Assembly: GCA_950097015.1 (NCBI GenBank)
Contig: CATNEN010000003.1
Location: 558,001 to 622,000, forward strand
From: Macrostomum hystrix
Lineage: Eukaryota; Animalia; Platyhelminthes
Length of the DNA stretch: 64,000 bases
Direction: 5' to 3'
The translations under genes and the position numbers were made by a program. Under the pieces are notes generated by a model. It was not told where the DNA came from. It saw nothing but the letters and a program-made list of their open reading frames with translations, and ran no database searches. This document shows positions 1-11,689 of the stretch, in pieces. The first letter of the stretch is position 1; every line of letters begins with the position of its first letter.

Positions 1-506
1 CCGCGCAGAAACTCGTGCGCATCCTCTTGCCTATTAAGCCGCATGGTTGGCGAGATGGCGCTGACGCGGTTCATGAAGGCGCGGGGGTAGCAGGAGCCGC
101 CGCCGTTGCAGCTGTAGCGTTTGTAATAGCGCAAAAATTCGCACACGGCGCACCATTTCTCGGCGCCAGTGCCGATACGACAGGCGGCTGAGTGGCTGCA
201 CAAAACGAAATTGATAAAAGCTGGCGTGTGCAATAGCGACTGCAGCACGGAGATCATGTAGCAATAGTTGCCTTCGTTTGTGAAGCCAAACGGCACGCCT
301 GGATAACTGTGCTGCAGCTGCACCAGCTTGTAGGAAAATAGCTTCGGCTGCTGGGCCTGCATCTGCTGCTGCGGCCTGTCACCATTGAGCAGGCCCTGAG
401 CAGAGTGGTGAGCATAGCCATTGGATGCTGAAGTCCCAGATGAGCCGACGCCATTGCCGTTAGTTGAACTGTGCTTCGGCTGCTGCTGCAGGATGGGTGC
501 GAGCAT
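1..506 (-). CDS. USP36: Ubiquitin-specific protease, USP36/USP42-like (peptidase C19); 5' coding part, continues beyond the left edge
   Basis: Manual translation from ATG at 506: MLAPILQQQPKHSS...GFTNEGNYCYMISVLQSLLHTPAF...HSAAC...WCAVC...RQEDAHEFLR. Contains the USP Cys-box, the H/C motif and the QEDAHEFLR motif typical of USP36/42. No stop before the window edge, so the ORF track missed it. Acceptor TTTTTGCAG at 673-681. Confidence 0.85.
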   Translation of the reverse strand, partial: MLAPILQQQPKHSSTNGNGVGSSGTSASNGYAHHSAQGLLNGDRPQQQMQAQQPKLFSYKLVQLQHSYPGVPFGFTNEGNYCYMISVLQSLLHTPAFINFVLCSHSAACRIGTGAEKWCAVCEFLRYYKRYSCNGGGSCYPRAFMNRVSAISPTMRLNRQEDAHEFLR

Positions 507-917
507 CGCGGCGGGCCGCGGAAAGCCGACGCTCTTAACTGAAGTCGCCGTCAGTTGAGGCAATGAAGCGAAGAAAACGCGGCAATCAACAGTGGCTATG
601 GACGGGGAACTAGGGGATGCAGGCCTGCCGGTCGCTTGCTTAAGACTCAATTGGGCATGCCGCAGATTTTTTCTGCAAAAAAATTGTTAAAATGCGAAAT
701 GTTTCATTCATATTGACAGTTCGGATGAGGGTCCCTTAATTTCTAATACGCTGAGATTCAAGCCATTTACTCTTAATATAATATCAGAAAAAAGAGCTAA
801 AGCTGTCGTTCATTCGTCACCACAAAACCACATTGAGCCATAATTATTAGCTCATAATAATTCAATAGTTCTTGTATTTGCCTTTCAACGATAACAACAA
901 CAAAAACAAATACTTAA

Positions 918-1509
918 CAGTAGGACTACCAAGCCATTTTGCCGCCCGTTTTTATACCAAGGGGGGGAATTCCCCCCTGAAAATGTTTTGCCAGCGCCTG
1001 AATGCTTTGGGGGTGACTGATTGGTTGACAGACTAGTCGAGGGTGTCCTGTGGTTGAGCTGCGCCTAATAGTTAGGCTTGAACAGTGAAATTGGAGAAAT
1101 TCGCGTCAGGGTGTCCATATTGGCCTAGTTCCACCTGTTGTAGCTCTTGAAGGTCTAGATAGATAAGAGAGATAGATCTAGATAAAGGTCGGTGACCGCC
1201 GAAGTCGGAGATGACACAAGCACATTCGGGTGACATGCTGATAAAGTTTGAAGGTCTGGAAAGGCCGCACTGAGGCGCAGTGCAAATTCGTGTATAGGGG
1301 TGTATGAACTACACTAGCTCTTATGGGAAAAATCGGACCTTCGGCCAGAAACATTGAATATGTCGACGGTCTGAAGAGCTGGCGACTTGTTTATTGTTTC
1401 AGAAGATGCGCAACAAAAAGTTGGCCCGTGTTTTTGAGTTTCGTGTCAAAAAAAATTGTCAGGGTCGCTAATTAGGGTGGGGGGGAATTCCCCCTTTGTA
1501 GTTCTACTG
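918..1509. mobile_element. Non-autonomous TTAA-target DNA transposon (MITE), copy 1
   Basis: TTAA at 914-917 and 1510-1513; TIRs CAGTAG(G/A)ACTAC; homologous in reverse orientation to 27477-28067 and 25095-25385; no long ORF. Confidence 0.85.
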
Positions 1510-1611
1510 TTAATAATAAGACTTTCTTTTCTTAAATTAGACAGTAAGATGGGAAGGTAGGGTAGTTAAATATTGAGAGGTGCAGTCAAACCATAAATAT
1601 GGGGTAAACTA

Positions 1612-1617
1612 TTTATT
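1612..1617 (-). terminator. Putative polyadenylation signal of SRP72
   Basis: AATAAA on the minus strand about 155 nt after the SRP72 stop codon. Confidence 0.5.
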
Positions 1618-1772
1618 GACTAACAAAATAAAACAATTAATATATAGATATTTTACTTTGTGTCAACTCTAAAAAGAAATTTCCTCTAGAAAATCCTAAT
1701 CACACTACTGTGAGTAAGCTTGTAGAGAGCCTGAAACAGTAAATCTTCGGAGTTAGATTTTGTAATAAAAAG

Positions 1773-4700
1773 CTACCAGCGACCACCGCGAGCTTTCTTC
1801 TTCTTTTGCTGCTGCTGCTGCGGCTTAGTCTTCGTGGAAGCCGCAGATTCAGCAGCCGCAGCCTCGGCTCCGCCTTCGTTGGAGCCAGCTTCAGCGGCTG
1901 CAGCGGCGGCTGCGGCGGCAGCGGCCATCTGCTTGGCGCGCACATCCAAATCGCCGGAGGCGGCCGTGGCGCCCTGCGGGCCGCGGGTCATTTGCCTGTG
2001 CTTGTCCTTCTTCTTGCCGCGATAATAGGAGCGCTCGCGACGCGGCAGCCAGCGCTCCGGATCCGCCGGCGGCCCAGCCGGGTCGTAGTTCTTGGGCAGC
2101 TTGCCTTTCTTTTTCTTCTTCTTCTGGGCCGCTGAGCCGGCGTCCTGGGGACCGGCTGATGCAGTTGGCTTGGCGGCCTCCCTATTGAGTGAGTAGTGTG
2201 AGGTGGTTTTGTAAGTAGTATATCATCAGTAACAATGTGTATAAATTTTGCAAAACTAAAATAAACAAACTTTTCTCCCGGCTTAGCCGCTGGTCCGGGC
2301 GCGCGCTTGGCCGCATACTTGGAGCCGAAAGCGAACGAGCTCTCGAGTTGGTCGGCGTCCAAGTCCGGCCTAGATCCGGGCGCCACAGACTGGTTAGAGT
2401 CCTTCAATAGGCGAGAAGTTTCCTCAGCTTTAGGCGGATCGAACTGAGCGTAGGCGTGCACCAGCGAGGCGATTAAGCGCTGATCGTTTGGCGTGATTTG
2501 GAGCAGTTCGGAGTAGAGCGCAGCCGCTTCGGGATAGTTGCCGCCCGATTGTTCGAATCTGGGCAAGTGAAAAATAAGGCATTTCCCATATATGGCTACT
2601 GTCATTATTCAAGTTATCAGCCTCATGATTGCTGTGTGAATGACAGGTAACAGCCATGGGTAAAAACAGCAGTGCTGGGCATCGTTTACTCTTTTTTTCA
2701 TTAATTAAAATAAGCGACAACTTTTAACTTACACATTCGTTACAACAGAAAAAATTAACGAAAGCAAGGGTCACGAGGAAAATAATTGGACCAAGGTTAA
2801 AAGTAAACTACTGGGTGAATGACAAATCACAGTTTAAAACAAGGATAAAATAGCTCACCTAGCGCTAAGCTTCAACAATGCCTTCAGCTTCTCCTCATCA
2901 GGTTCAGTTTCTCTGTAGTGTCGCCTAGCATCGGCTAGAAAATCTGTCACAGCGTCGTGATCTTCAACGCTAGCGTACAGTCGCATTACGGCCGACACCG
3001 TGCGATCCGCGAACAGAGCATCTGGCGGCAGCTGCTTCAGCGCGTCGCATGCCCGCCTAGGCGAGCCGCTCTGCGCCAACAGCTGGGCCAGGGCCATGCG
3101 AGCCTGTACCAGATCCGGCTGCTGGCTGCACAGCGACTCCAGGTAGTCGGCAGCCGAGGCACCGCCGCTTGCTCCGCCGCCGGCGCCTCCACCGGTGGAG
3201 CCGAGATTTCTTTCACGAGCAAGTTGAGCAGCCACAATTAGGGCCAGAGTTTCATTGTTAGGCTCAGATTTTAGAAGGGCTTCGGCTGTGCGCTTGCACA
3301 GATCACCTGCGTGTATTAACGGACAGGATTAAACATGACTCAGGAGAGTGTCTGTCAGCAGTTAGCGATTATTCTGTGATTGTGAAAGTCATCTAGTAGC
3401 ACGTGAGTCAATTAGTGATCACTTGCATCAATTAGTAATCACGTGAGCCATTTCATATTACGTGAGCTAATGAGCAGTGATCACGTGAATCAAACATTGA
3501 TAATGTGAAGCCATCAGTCAGTGACCATGTGAACGAGTCAGTAACGTAGAGAAAGCGCACCTTGGTTGCTGTACAGATAGACCAGGCACTGGTTCATAGC
3601 AATAGCCTGCCTCTGCCGCTTGGTGAGTTTCTGTTTTAGCGCATCGCCGCTGGCATATTTAATTCGCTTCTTGCTGTCGAACAGGTTCTGGTCGCGATTG
3701 ACGCAGACCAAATTGTTGGCGCAGACGGCTAGTAGGCCCGCATCGGCCAGCTTAGCATTGGCGATCGACTGATAGGTCTTGCGAGCCTCCTGCTGCTGCT
3801 GCGGGCCGCCAGTCTTCTAGAAGAAAAAAGTCGTATCAGCAGCGAATATTGATTTGGAGCCTGTTTTAGAAAAATAAATTGTTCTGAATGAATCTAGAGG
3901 CAATACCTGTGCGAGGTAGGCTTGTTGAAATTGAATCGGCGCCAGCTCCTCCATCAGCGTCTCCGGGTCGTCCTCGGCCAGCGCTTCGCGACAGGCCCGC
4001 TCGGCTTGGCTTAGAGTATCGGCAGCTTCAGCTAGGCGGCCGCGACCAATCAGTGCGCAGGCTACGTTGTACAGCTGGTCGTATGTATCCCTGCAGGCGG
4101 GGGTGTGGTCGGCTAGAATTATCATAAGCCAGAACATGGAAATAGATCTTATTTGTATAGGGAATAGGGAAATTATTTTTATGAACTGAGGAACAACTGC
4201 TAGCGAAAATAAATGAAGAATCTCAAGTAAATTGCAATTCGTTTTAAGACTTGAAGGTCGGGAGCTCGATTGCCGACTCCGTTGAAACACTCTGTGTCCT
4301 CTAGCAAGACACTTAGCTCCGTTGAGTTACAAGTTCACTTAGCTGTTAAATGCGTACCAGCAATAGGCTGGGGTAAATTCAGTTGAGAGTGTGGCGTCTC
4401 CCCAGTCCATGGACTGAACAGCTGTACGCAGCCTTCAGATGCGGCTGTGCTGTCAGCTACATATCTTGACCCAATCGAGACTGGTGTACGAGTAATCAAA
4501 TAGAATTAGACTCACCTAGCCAACAATTTAATATCGCTATCAGCAGCTTGCCCATTATCGTCATCCGGATCTTCGTTGAACATCGACCTGGCGGCGCAGG
4601 CGGCTGCCATGTTTGCTTCGCGCTCCTCGCCATAGTCATCGGCGCAGCTGCGCACCAGATTGCGGTACAGGCTCAGCGCCTCGTGGTAGCGCTCTAGGCG

Positions 4701-7700
4701 GTACAGTACCTGGGGAGAGATTGTGGATCCTTCTAATGCACACACACAGTACATATAACTACTAGGAGGTGCGCATCAAACTGAACAAACCTGAGCTCGA
4801 AGCTCCTGATCCCGCGCGGTGTCGCAGCCGTCCAGACTAGCCAAAGCCTCATTGAGCCTATTGAGTCTATACTCACAGTAGGCACGCTCAAATTTTTGCT
4901 CAGCGCCAAAACGACTCCGGCCAGGCTTCAAATGGTGCAGGCAGTCTTCGAATTTGCCCAGATGAATTAGGGCGGCAGTTTTGCATTGAAATGCCTTCTG
5001 CTCCTCTGGAGACTCGGACAGAACTGTGCAATAGGACAGCATTATGTTATTTTATAAGGAGGATACATGATGATAAGAAAAACTATTTAGTTTTTTTTCG
5101 AAATACTAAATCTGATTATTCAAAATCTGAAAACATAATTTATAAAATACTGATGGCTTTTCTAATATATTACAGTTCCACAAACTGTGCCTTTTGATAA
5201 GCTGGCTAGATGCGGTTCAGTTAATGATTACCCATCAGGTCATTTGCATTGACAGGGTTTAGAGCTCATTCACGCTGCCATTGTATGATTTAAGAACTGA
5301 TAATTGCAATATTAATTACTAAACAGTATTTTCTTTTATAACACAATAATATTGTAAACGACTTCAATAAGCATCAATTGCACAACAAAACAAATTGATG
5401 GCAATTTAAATAAATTTCTGGCTGTAAGCCATGCAGTCAAACAGTGCTAACAATAACTGAATCAGAAATCTCCTATTCAATTCTCAACCATTTCTGCTTA
5501 AATACACAGACCAAACAGGAAAGGGATAGAAATTAATGCAACATTTATTTTTAAATACATACACATGGTTATACTTCATAAAGCAGAACTAAAAAATTCC
5601 TAGCGTTCTGCAATTCTTGCAACTTTCATCTCTGCTTTCTATTGTCTATTTGCTCTTTTGTTCTCTACACTTTTATTGTTCACATTGTCCAGTTCAATAT
5701 ATTTCTTTCTTTCTTGTTATCTCTTCTTGTGGCTGGTCTCTCATTGTCTCTCCTTTCCTCCTTTCGGATTGGTCTACCATTCACATTCTAGCCCCTTCTC
5801 CTACCCTCAGTTGTAACCTAAATCTTAAGAGCTCGAGTCCCCAAATCTACAGCAAGGAATTAAGTTTCCAATGTAGGCAGTCTAAAAAGTGCTTTTTTGT
5901 AAATCTGATGATATCTTGTCACCTATCTATCTTTACACCCAACCAACAGTTAACAGACCCAATCGAGACTGATCGAAGGGCCTAAACACCAAGACACTAA
6001 GAGTTCCCATTGTAGGTAGTCTGAAGTGTCTCCACAAATTCAATGAAATCCTCCTTGGCATTAGCCCCCATTAGGCTGCGGATTGCAATCTGCACCACTG
6101 CAATTTAAGAGTTCCCATTGAAGGCAGTTACATTTTTTACAAACTGAAATATTTGATTTATTTTACCACTCTACTGTCTCATCATAGCTATCTACATGTC
6201 CTATTTAGTTAGGCTAGAGTTTGTGTAGAATTTGTGTAGAATAACTCAAGATATAAAACTTAGATATAAGAAACAAAAGATTCTATAACCATATCTGTAA
6301 CTTTGTTCAAAAAAACTCAATATGTCAATAGAGCAGCTAAGTAATAAGTTGGTCAATGTGTAATACTAGAAAGCCAAATACCAAATAGATATAGCTAAAA
6401 AGAACACAACACACTTTGGTAACAAATGCTTTAGCCAAACGATTAAGGACAGTTACAAATCACAAGATAATAACTTTGTTATGAAATTAACTTTAACAAA
6501 TTAAGAATTATTGAGAATTGGTAATATGAAATTAACATTTTAATTTAGTTTTATGATTTTTGTTTGTCTTTTAAATTAGCAATTGCCTGGTTGATTTGTG
6601 CTTTATTTTCTTAGATTCTTGTATTACTGTGTTGCTTTTAAGTTTTAACATGCAAAAAATAGTCTACATATTTTCACTTTTGTTTTATTAGAAGAAATAA
6701 CTTAATTTACTTATTTAATAACAAACCATAGTTTATGTTTGGCTACTTCTCTCTTTCTGCCAAAATCTTACCTTAGTTTAAAATATATAAATATACACAG
6801 CTTCACCTAGTATACCTAGGCATACCTAAAGGCTAAGTTCCATAGTCAGCATGGCACCAGTGACAACCACTTTTTACTCACACTTCAGTGTTCCTCTGGC
6901 ACTGACTCGACCCTGAGAAGAGTTTTGGCAACTTTCTGTTCTGGCTGACCCATTATTATGCTGCTTAATACTGTTTCTCAAGCACTGTGACCTGTTTTAC
7001 TGCTTTATTACAAGGCAGAGCTTATTCCCACAGTCCTGTGCCAATAATTTCAATTTTATCCACACAGAGCCGTGCTGATAATTTTCTGCTTATCCACACA
7101 GCAGCTTGTATGAATAGGTCTAAAACTCTTTATATAAATATGCCGTGCCATTAATTTTAATTTTATCCACACGGTTCTGTTCTTTAAAACAAGGCCCTTT
7201 TGGGTTTGAACACTTTGTTGAACCCTTGAGCCAATAGATAGCCAATAGACAAAGTTGCCAGTGTGTTACGACAGTGTTCTACATTTTGACCTACACATTC
7301 ATTAACCCACATTAATGTCATCCTTTTTAATTATTGTAATAACAACTTACTAAATCTTTTGTCATCATTACATGTTTTCATTCGAATTGTATTGACATTT
7401 ACTTAGAAAGTAAGAAGTCAATCAAAGAAAATCAACCAGCAGAATTCTAGTCAGCACCAAACTCGTCACACATATTATACATCATTGTTATTTTTTTACA
7501 CTATGCATTGATAGGGTCCCAGGTCATTTCAGTGACAAGACATTTCGGTGACAACTCAAGTCATTTCAGTGACACAACTGGTCAGATTGGTGACAACTAT
7601 TTTTGCACCTAAATATGCTAAAAAAACTGCCTTCCATTTTAACTATGCATACTTATAAAGTATTAATTAAATAATGCTATAGGCCTAAGTATTAATAAGA

Positions 7701-8499
7701 AGCTGCAACACTCTGATTAAGACTGGGTTTTACTTTAAATGAGTTAAATAATTAAATTATTTAATGAGTAGTCAATAGTTTCAATAGTTATTTGTTCCTA
7801 ATTATTTAAATGTGTATAATAATCGTTTTTCAAGTTTTGGATTGACAAGGCGAGTGTAGGCTTTAAGCAGCTGCTGGATTGTGGAAGGCTGTTTTCTTAG
7901 CATATTTAGGTGCAAAAATAGTTGTCACCGAACTGACCAATTCTGTCACCAAAATGACTGTCACCAAAATGTCTTGTCACCGAAATGACCTGGGACCCAT
8001 TGATAGTGTACACTATACACTATACTCTGAAGCAAAAGCCTTATCCTCAGAGAAGAATAGGTAAGGACTTAAAAGTAGACCTATTCATACAAGCTGCCAT
8101 GTGGATAAGCAGAAAATTATTGGCACAGATCTGTGTGGATAAAATTGAAATTATTGGCACGGGAACATGGGAATAAGCACTTCCTTATTATAAACTTGCT
8201 CTTGTTTGTTAGTTTACAATTGTGGGTCAAAATAATTTAACACAGGAAACTAGAACATTTTCAGATTTACTAACATACAAAAAATAAAAAACAGTACACA
8301 AATATGTAACACAAAGTGGATAATGCTACGACTAATACGTAGGCTTCTCAATAGGAATAGCAGTTAGTTAGCAAGACGTAAAGCTAAAGTCAAGCTTACC
8401 TTTATTACTTAAAGTTAGTACTTTCTCCCACTCTGCGGATTTGATAGCCGCATTTAGGTCACTGTATAAACCCGGAATAATAGATACGTTACTTGACAT
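1773..8499 (-). CDS. SRP72: Signal recognition particle subunit SRP72 (703 aa, 8 exons)
   Basis: Exons 8400-8499, 4791-5023, 4516-4709, 3907-4090, 3561-3816, 2859-3306, 2271-2558, 1773-2181; all GT-AG, phases consistent, total 2112 nt. TPR region (FERAYCEYRLN, LRAQVLYRLERY, YNVACALI), NRDQNLFDSKKR, RNA-binding motif KKKGKLPKNYDP...DPERWLPRRERSYYRG and C-terminal KKKKARGGRW. Confidence 0.96.
4243..4490 (+). mobile_element. tRNA-derived CORE-like SINE (family A), 5'-truncated copy in an SRP72 intron
   Basis: Shares GTGTCCT..AGCAAGACACTTAGCTC, AGCTGTTAAATG.GTACCAGCA and CCCCAGTCCATGGACTGAACAGCT with 22510-22802. Confidence 0.8.
7005..8192. mobile_element. Older inverted-repeat element (about 115-bp TIRs) in SRP72 intron 1; unclassified
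   Basis: 7005-7121 is an imperfect reverse complement of 8077-8192 (GCTTATTCCCA...TTATCCACAC...GCAGCTTGTATGAATAGGTCTA). Exact ends and TSD uncertain. Confidence 0.65.
7515..7997. mobile_element. MULE/Mutator-like MITE
   Basis: 9-bp TSD CATTGATAG (7506-7514 and 7998-8006); about 120-bp TIRs starting GGTCCCAGGTCATTTC with repeated GTGACA sub-motifs; AT-rich interior. Confidence 0.85.
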
Positions 8500-9512
8500 T
8501 ATGTTAACTAGATGCTAACTTAAAAAACGCAAAACTGCTTTAATTAATTGTCAACAAAGCTTTTAAGCTTTTTAAATTTCTATGAAAATGACATTATTCG
8601 AAGGTTGGCGTTAACTCCAACATTTCTTGCAATTGCTAGTTAGATTGGATGACCAGAGTAAGAGCATGCATTTAAACACACTGTAAATGAATTGAAACTA
8701 TAGACGTACGGTAAAAGTTTAGGCGGACTAGATATAATTATAATCTGTTAAATCTGCTTTGGAATTAGAACATTTGTCAAACATTCACTTTGGTATTAGC
8801 ATCCTCGAACAGACATTTTGCGAGAAAGAAGATGCGAACTTGCTGAGGTTAAATTTTAACTCGGAATAAAGCGATATTAAGTAGCCTGAAATATATGTGC
8901 TTTAGCCAGACAAAAGGCAATTATATATTGATCAAAATATCACCTCACGTTAATGTCTGAGGTGACACAGTGCACCCGTGTTACACTCTGTATAGTCAAT
9001 CCTGCGTTACAACACGAGCCATCAAAGCGGTACTCTGCGCGCGGCGGCGTAGAGATACGCGCAGCTTTAGCTTTCAAAGCCAATGCAATGCTTTAATATG
9101 GGGCACAAATCTACGTGCTTAAGATATAATATATAAGCAATTCTGTTAGATACCGTTTTCAAAAACTGACTTTTAGAAAGAGTTATTACGAGGATCAATA
9201 CAATCGATTCGATACTGTGTCTGTACAATTTATTTGTATGTTATTGTTTCCTATCGTCCAATTATTGCTAGTTATAATTTGCTAGCTTGCTAGCTATTTT
9301 AGCCTACCTATGCGTGGCTATAGATCGATATGAATGGTTGGCTATAGGCCTATAGTTATAGTTATAAACCGACCCTCGTGGCTCAGACCATAGTAGAAAG
9401 ATACCTTGCATAAAGCTAGCTTCTAGCAAAAAATCTAGCTAAAAGGCATGTTCTGCTAGACATTAGCTAGAATATCCTGCATAGGATATAGAATATCCTA
9501 TTCCTGCACCGA

Positions 9513-9745
9513 TCTACCCCTGCTCCTCTACCCCTTGTTCCTCTACCCTTACTCCTGTACCCCTGCTACTCCACCCCTGCTCCTCTACCCCTGCTCCTCT
9601 ACCCACTGCTCCTCTCCCACTGCTCCTGTACGCCTGCTACTCTACCCCTGCTCCTCTACTGGCATTGCTACTCTACCCTTGCGCCTCTACCCTGCCCTCT
9701 TCTGGCCCTGCTTCTCTACCTCTGCTCCTCTACCCTTGCTCCGCT
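9513..9745. repeat. Degenerate ~14-bp minisatellite (CTCCTCTACCCCTG)n
   Basis: Tandem units visible; reverse complement of the array at 11690-12060. Confidence 0.8.
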
Positions 9746-10195
9746 GTCATACCTACGCTGTCATACCTACGTACATGAATGCATCGGGTCTGACCACGCT
9801 GTCATATTTCTTGACATGAATGCATCGGGTCTGCGTATGACCCACTATATCGGAAATGCGTCGTGTAATAGACCCCTCAGTGTAACTCATACGAATAAGG
9901 TTCAAGATGACATTACCTGTAGACTAAATAAATTGATGAATAACTAATAGGGATGAAACAATGCTTCAATTTGGGGCCGAAATATCTATACTATTATGAG
10001 CGTTTGATTCATAGGTGTATTAGTCGCTGATAAAAGTATCATGCATGTAAAATAGTTCATACACATGGCAGCAGTTTTGGATTTTTACAAATGACAGCAA
10101 TGACTAAAATTGCTATTTTTTTGCCCTTTTATTCACGCATACCTAAAAAGTAAATTGCAATAAGTATATAGCTATAGTCTTTGTGACCCTCCTGC

Positions 10196-10845
10196 ACGAT
10201 GGGGATGAGGACCCGGTCGCTGATGGATGTGGCAACACTGCATGATGGGGATGAGGACCCGGTCGCTGATGGATGTGTGGCAACCCTGCATGATGGGGAT
10301 GAGGACCCGGTCGCTGATGGATATGTGGCAACCCTGCATGATGGGGATGAGGACCCGGTCGCTGATGGATGTGTGGCAACCCTGCATGATGGGGATGAGG
10401 ACCCGGTCGCTGATGGATGTGTGGCAACCCTGCATGATGGGGATGAGGACCCGGTCGCTGATGGATGTGGCAACCCTGCATGATGGGGATGAGGACCCGG
10501 TCGCTGATGGATGTGTGGCAACCCTGCATGATGGGGAAGAGGACCCGGTCGCTGATGGATGTGGCAACCCTGCATGATGGGGAAGAGGACCCGGTCGCTG
10601 ATGGATGTGGCAACCCTGCATGATGGGGATGAGGACCCGGTCGCTGATGGATGTGTGGCAACCCTGCATGATGGGGAAGAGGACCCGGTCGCTGATGGAT
10701 GTGGCAACCCTGCATGATGGGGATGAGGACCCGGTCGCTGATGGATGTGGCAACCCTGCATGATGGGGAAGAGGACCCGGTCGCTGATGGATGTGTGGCA
10801 ACCCTGCATGATGGGGATCAGGACCCGGTTGGTGATGGATGTGCA
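10196..10845. repeat. 46/48-bp minisatellite, about 14 copies
   Basis: Unit ATGATGGGGATGAGGACCCGGTCGCTGATGGATGT(GT)GGCAACCCTGC; near-identical copies. Confidence 0.95.
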
Positions 10846-11689
10846 TGTGACAATCCATCTCGATGCGGATCAGTTGCGAGGATTCTGTTTGGGATCTTGC
10901 CATGAGAGATATTTTAATTAACCATAAAAGAACCGAACAATTTGACATAGGCAGCTGAACTGCTGAAGATTACAGCTAACACTGAAAGATGATAATTTGT
11001 TGTAGAAATAGGTTGAAACATGTGCCTTACAGGAAAATAATATGCGCATCGTTTAATCGCTTTCAAATAGCTCGTATATTTATCATAAAAAATAGGGCAT
11101 CAAACTGCAAAATGCTTAAAGTATGGTTTACTCAATGTAAAATAGCGTAAAATACTGTCGAATGACAAGAGTGTTTCTCAAGATATGCAATTATAAGCCT
11201 AGGATACGCGCTGACCAGCGAATAGCAGTCATGCATAGCTATGAAATTTCCGTCAGAGCACAGGATCAAGGGCTCCGAAAATGTGCATCTCGAATGTGCA
11301 CCGAAAATTGACTCAGGACAAGTCGAACAGGATGTGCTTATAGAAACTTCCAGCGAGAGCCACATGTTCCTGAATAATATAGGTAATAGCTAGGATTTTG
11401 TACATTTTTATTTGTTAGTTTAGAGAAAACAGTCAATTTTTCAAAAGGGGGGAATGGAAGAGGTGCTGGGAAGGGGGAGGGGACTGTCAAGGACAGTGGG
11501 AGGAATGCCAAGGAGGATAGGACAGGGGACTGTCAAGGCCAGGGAGGATGAGGCAGGGGACTATCAAGGATAGCGGGGAATGGCAGGCAGGGTGGGAGAG
11601 AGGACAAATTTTCCCCAGATCTTGCAAGTATCTGGGCGGCACGAGAAAGGGCGTAAGAGTAGTGGGTGTAGAACAAGGGGGTGGAAGAA

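Noticed and set aside
7057-8142. Several TTATCCACA motifs identical to bacterial DnaA boxes
   Set aside because: They lie in the TIRs of a repeat inside a spliceosomal intron; better explained as sub-terminal repeats than an origin or contamination.
10129-10948. 190-258 aa His/Pro-rich ORFs
   Set aside because: Products of a 46/48-bp minisatellite open in several frames on both strands; unit length changes shift the frame.
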